DNA from: Rhynchopus sp. YZ270_cl-10
Taxonomy: Eukaryota
DNA: 64,000 bases
Direction: 5' to 3'
NCBI GenBank assembly: GCA_964035575.1
Contig: OZ037845.1
Location: 992,001-1,056,000, forward strand
Part shown: positions 61,093 to 64,000 of the stretch, in pieces
Layout: every line of letters starts with the position of its first letter
How positions within the stretch are numbered: the stretch's first letter is position 1
Notes under the pieces: model-generated
Database searches by the model: none
What the model saw: the letters and a program-made list of their open reading frames with translations, nothing else
Told to the model about the DNA's origin: nothing
Position numbers and translations under genes: made by a program

Positions 61093-61559
61093 ACTACCTA
61101 CCTGCCAGATGGGCATATAGAGACAGAGACTTCATCTCCACCCCTACCCCCCCTTTACCCCCCCAACAGTGACATGCCTGAGATTCATGCAGAAAAAATG
61201 ATGTTTTTTGCTTGTTTCTTGTTCTCTAGTTCCCCCCCTTTTTGTAAAGTTTCATATTTTTTTGTCTTGCAAATTTTTAGTTTTTTTTTTGTTCCTGGCA
61301 TAAACGTTTTCCCCCTATTATGTGAGACATAAAGAACACCAAAGGGGGGCTTGCAACAACCCCTTTGAATTTGTCGACCATAACTGTCGCCCCGCTGCCC
61401 CCACCCTTGGAGATATAATTTTCCTTTATAAGAACCCCCTGTGCAGTTAAAACAAAAACAAAAACGCAATATCATTTTCAAACATCTATCAACCTCGCTG
61501 GCTCTCTCTCTCTCTCTCTCATCTCTATTGTCAGGGTGCGAATTTTTTTTTGTTGTAAA

Positions 61560-62852
61560 ATGCACTCCATTTACAAACACACACGCTGCCTTCGGCAAGT
61601 ACACAAAATGATGTTTTCTTCGACATCGGATCGAACCAATGTACCTGAGGATGCGGCAGCGTTGCATGGCAGCCAAGCTTCAGTATCGCAGATAAAAAAC
61701 GTTTTGGAAAGACGAAGGCTGAGGAGGCAACATAAACAGAACAAAACGTTGAAGAAGAAGCGAGAGCACGTGGTGATAGACGCTCCTGATATGTGGCCTG
61801 TCCACAAACGTCCTGTAGCCTATTGCCCAAACGCAGCTGAAGCAGACGAGATAATTGGGGGAATAGTTTTTGGGGATGAACTACCCGAGTTTGTTGCACT
61901 GCGTGTAGAACGGCGTCTGTCGGAGTACAATCCTCCGGCAGAACGATCTGATAAGGTGGACGGTGTAGAAGTGGGGAAGCAAAATGTTTATGTGCCACAC
62001 CCCATTGCCTGCATCACCGTGAGCACCGAGAACCACGTTGTGGTTATGCATGTGGTGCAGTGGGGTGACTACCGGGAGTGGGCAGGCGAGAAGCATACAC
62101 CCAACCTGACACGCCTCTTGAAAAGCAACCGTGTCATGAAGGTCGCATCCAACGCATATCAAATCACAAAGGCGCTCCAAATAGAGTTCAATCTGGAGAC
62201 CAGTGGGTTTGTTGACCTTGGGGAGTTTGCGAAGGAGGCAATGCACGTTGCGCAGACGAACGGCGTGTGGTTTCAGCCCACCGGGTTTTCGTTTCATGAC
62301 CTCGCGAATTTGTTTTTTGCAGGTCGCTATCCAAGACCGTTGCAGACTTTGATGTCTAATTGGCATATCCTTCCTTTGTCAAGCAATCAATTAGTGTTCA
62401 GTTCGAATCAGGCGCACACGACCCTGCAGTTGTACAATAAGATAAGCGCGTTGAAGGAGAAATCGCTTACGTCCATGATGGGACCGTATCATGCAGTGCA
62501 CGTGGTGATCAACACTTTGGTGCTACGGTGGGCTGTGGACAAGGAATCATTGCAGGCAGACTTTAAGAAGAACAGCGACTTCTACTTCAAGGTGCAGGGG
62601 TTGCTGCAGAAGGCGTTCCGCGACTTTGGGGGAATAGACTGGTTCTGGTTCACCTGTGCGCCACAGACGCTTTGTGTAGCCTTCACCGATCCTGCCAAAG
62701 CAGAAGCAGCTGTGGCCTCCTTTGCAGGCCACCGCAACATCATCGTTACCGACAGAGAAGTCGACTGGGAGGACTGCAAAAAGGAGTTCCAGCTCCGCTA
62801 CGCAGCACACAAAAAGCCGCATGCTGTGACACCCCAGCAATACCAAGACTGA
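61560..62852 (+). CDS. DEDDy (WRN/EXD-like) 3'-5' exonuclease-fold protein with degenerate catalytic motifs
   Basis: LTRLLKSNRVMKV, FVDLG and MSNW...PLS..QL.F patterns; basic N-terminus resembling a mitochondrial presequence. Confidence 0.65.
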   Translation: MHSIYKHTRCLRQVHKMMFSSTSDRTNVPEDAAALHGSQASVSQIKNVLERRRLRRQHKQNKTLKKKREHVVIDAPDMWPVHKRPVAYCPNAAEADEIIGGIVFGDELPEFVALRVERRLSEYNPPAERSDKVDGVEVGKQNVYVPHPIACITVSTENHVVVMHVVQWGDYREWAGEKHTPNLTRLLKSNRVMKVASNAYQITKALQIEFNLETSGFVDLGEFAKEAMHVAQTNGVWFQPTGFSFHDLANLFFAGRYPRPLQTLMSNWHILPLSSNQLVFSSNQAHTTLQLYNKISALKEKSLTSMMGPYHAVHVVINTLVLRWAVDKESLQADFKKNSDFYFKVQGLLQKAFRDFGGIDWFWFTCAPQTLCVAFTDPAKAEAAVASFAGHRNIIVTDREVDWEDCKKEFQLRYAAHKKPHAVTPQQYQD

Positions 62853-63063
62853 GATAATTATTTTTGTTGAGGCAAAAAAAAATGTGAGGGCTTACTGATG
62901 CAAGCGACGAAAAAGGGAACCAGAGGCAGAGTTTGTCTCGAGGCTTTTTCAAGGAAAAATAAAGAAGAATATTTCATTTTTTTTTAAATCATACAAGCCC
63001 CATCCCCCTTTCCCCTCTCACCCACACATTCTTCAACCGCAATATTCCAGGTAAGGGTTTAAA

Positions 63064-63345
63064 ATGACAAAGGGAACTACCTCCCGTGGAGAGAGGAGTG
63101 GACACCACTCGCACACGTATGTAACGGATTAACTTTCTCTTCTTGTTGGGGACCAAGCAAGGTTCAAGTTCATCTGACGAATATCTTTTTCTCTATTTTA
63201 TGGAAAATAAAAGGCAATCCCACATAAAAAAACACCACACCCCTCCTCCCCTCCACAGCCTGTGCCGTCGCTGTGGAAAGCGTTCCTTCCACACACGTCT
63301 TCTGAGATGTGCGTCGTGCAGCTTCCCCAACCCCCGCATGAGGAG
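63064..63345 (+). CDS. RPL37: 60S ribosomal protein L37, exons 1 (63064-63116) and 2 (63259-63345); remainder not in the window
   Basis: [29 protein letters not shown]...[18 protein letters not shown] donors and CCACAG acceptor in phase. Confidence 0.9.
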
Positions 63346-63389
63346 GTATGTTCCTTCCCCTTCCCTTTTTCTCTCCCTCCTCTCTCTCT

Positions 63390-64000
63390 TCCACACACGT
63401 GTGAAAGAGGCGCGCTTCACGTGTACGCGGGCACTGCGGAGCGAGTCCAGGCGTGAAACCAAATTGTGCACCACACACAAAAAGGTGAAGCTGCGTCTGA
63501 AGCACGGAGCGGGTGCACTATACGCGTCGAACGAAGATTCATCTTCCTCCAAACTCGGGTCATTCGCAGTCTGAACAGAGCCATACTCCAGTTCCTCGCG
63601 TTGCAAAAGCACAGCCCCCCATTCGCGGAGTGAGAGTGGTGTCTTGCGTTTCTGGTACGGGGTGCCCTCTGTGCCGTACGGAAACAAGTGAGGAAACGCC
63701 CTGGGCCAGAAGGTGTCATCGTACTGCGACAGAGGGCTGCTCTGGTCCACAGTCAAGATGTACTTCGCGTTCCTGTTCCCGTCAGTGCTCGCAGCAGAAG
63801 CAGCAGCAGCAGCCACAGCTTTTCCACCACTACCGGTCGACGCAGTCTCCCACGCATCATCAACGTCCCTCTCGAAGCTGCTCACTGCTTCCTTGTACTT
63901 CTCCACAAAAGTCTGGTTGAGGTACTCGACGATTTTCGCATCATCGCTGCACACGTTGCGGAGGTCGTTCACAAGCTGCTGGAGGGCAGGGTTGCGGTTC
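63390..64000 (-). mobile_element. Helitron Rep/helicase N-terminal-like ORF fragment
   Basis: PLSQYDDTFWPRAFPHLFPYG..G, PLSLREW...LL and [15 protein letters not shown] motifs typical of the region preceding the Helitron Rep domain; enters from the window end. Confidence 0.7.

Overview
Eukaryotic (protist) genomic DNA. A euglenozoan, possibly diplonemid, origin is my inference from the long co-oriented gene run, polypyrimidine-AG tracts before ATGs, a few GT-AG introns and intergenic snoRNA clusters. 1-2.4 kb: palindromic mini-repeats and a spliced coiled-coil/HNH endonuclease gene (-). About 2.55-8.24 kb: a truncated endogenous Polinton/adintovirus-like element. It encodes a packaging ATPase, minor capsid/penton, a zinc-ribbon plus parvovirus-type PLA2 protein, an adenain protease, a pX-like core protein and an rve integrase, and one small gene is split by an 841-bp MITE. 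The protease has no in-frame ATG for its conserved N-terminus. It lies in the -1 frame behind an A_AAA_AAA site and hairpins at the end of the core-protein gene, suggesting a gag-pro-like programmed frameshift. The integrase is cut by a 27-kb, net phase-perfect 14-bp satellite (about 1930 units, with kb-scale higher-order duplications) that ends at a Helitron-like CTAG terminus. 37.9-63.4 kb: + strand host genes (BiP, CEP44-like, a giant Kelch/adhesin-repeat protein, a chromodomain protein, two GSTs, a degenerate 3'-5' exonuclease, RPL37) and a C/D snoRNA cluster with recognisable rRNA guides. A Helitron-like ORF fragment closes the window. All family calls are from visual motif recognition; no searches were run.
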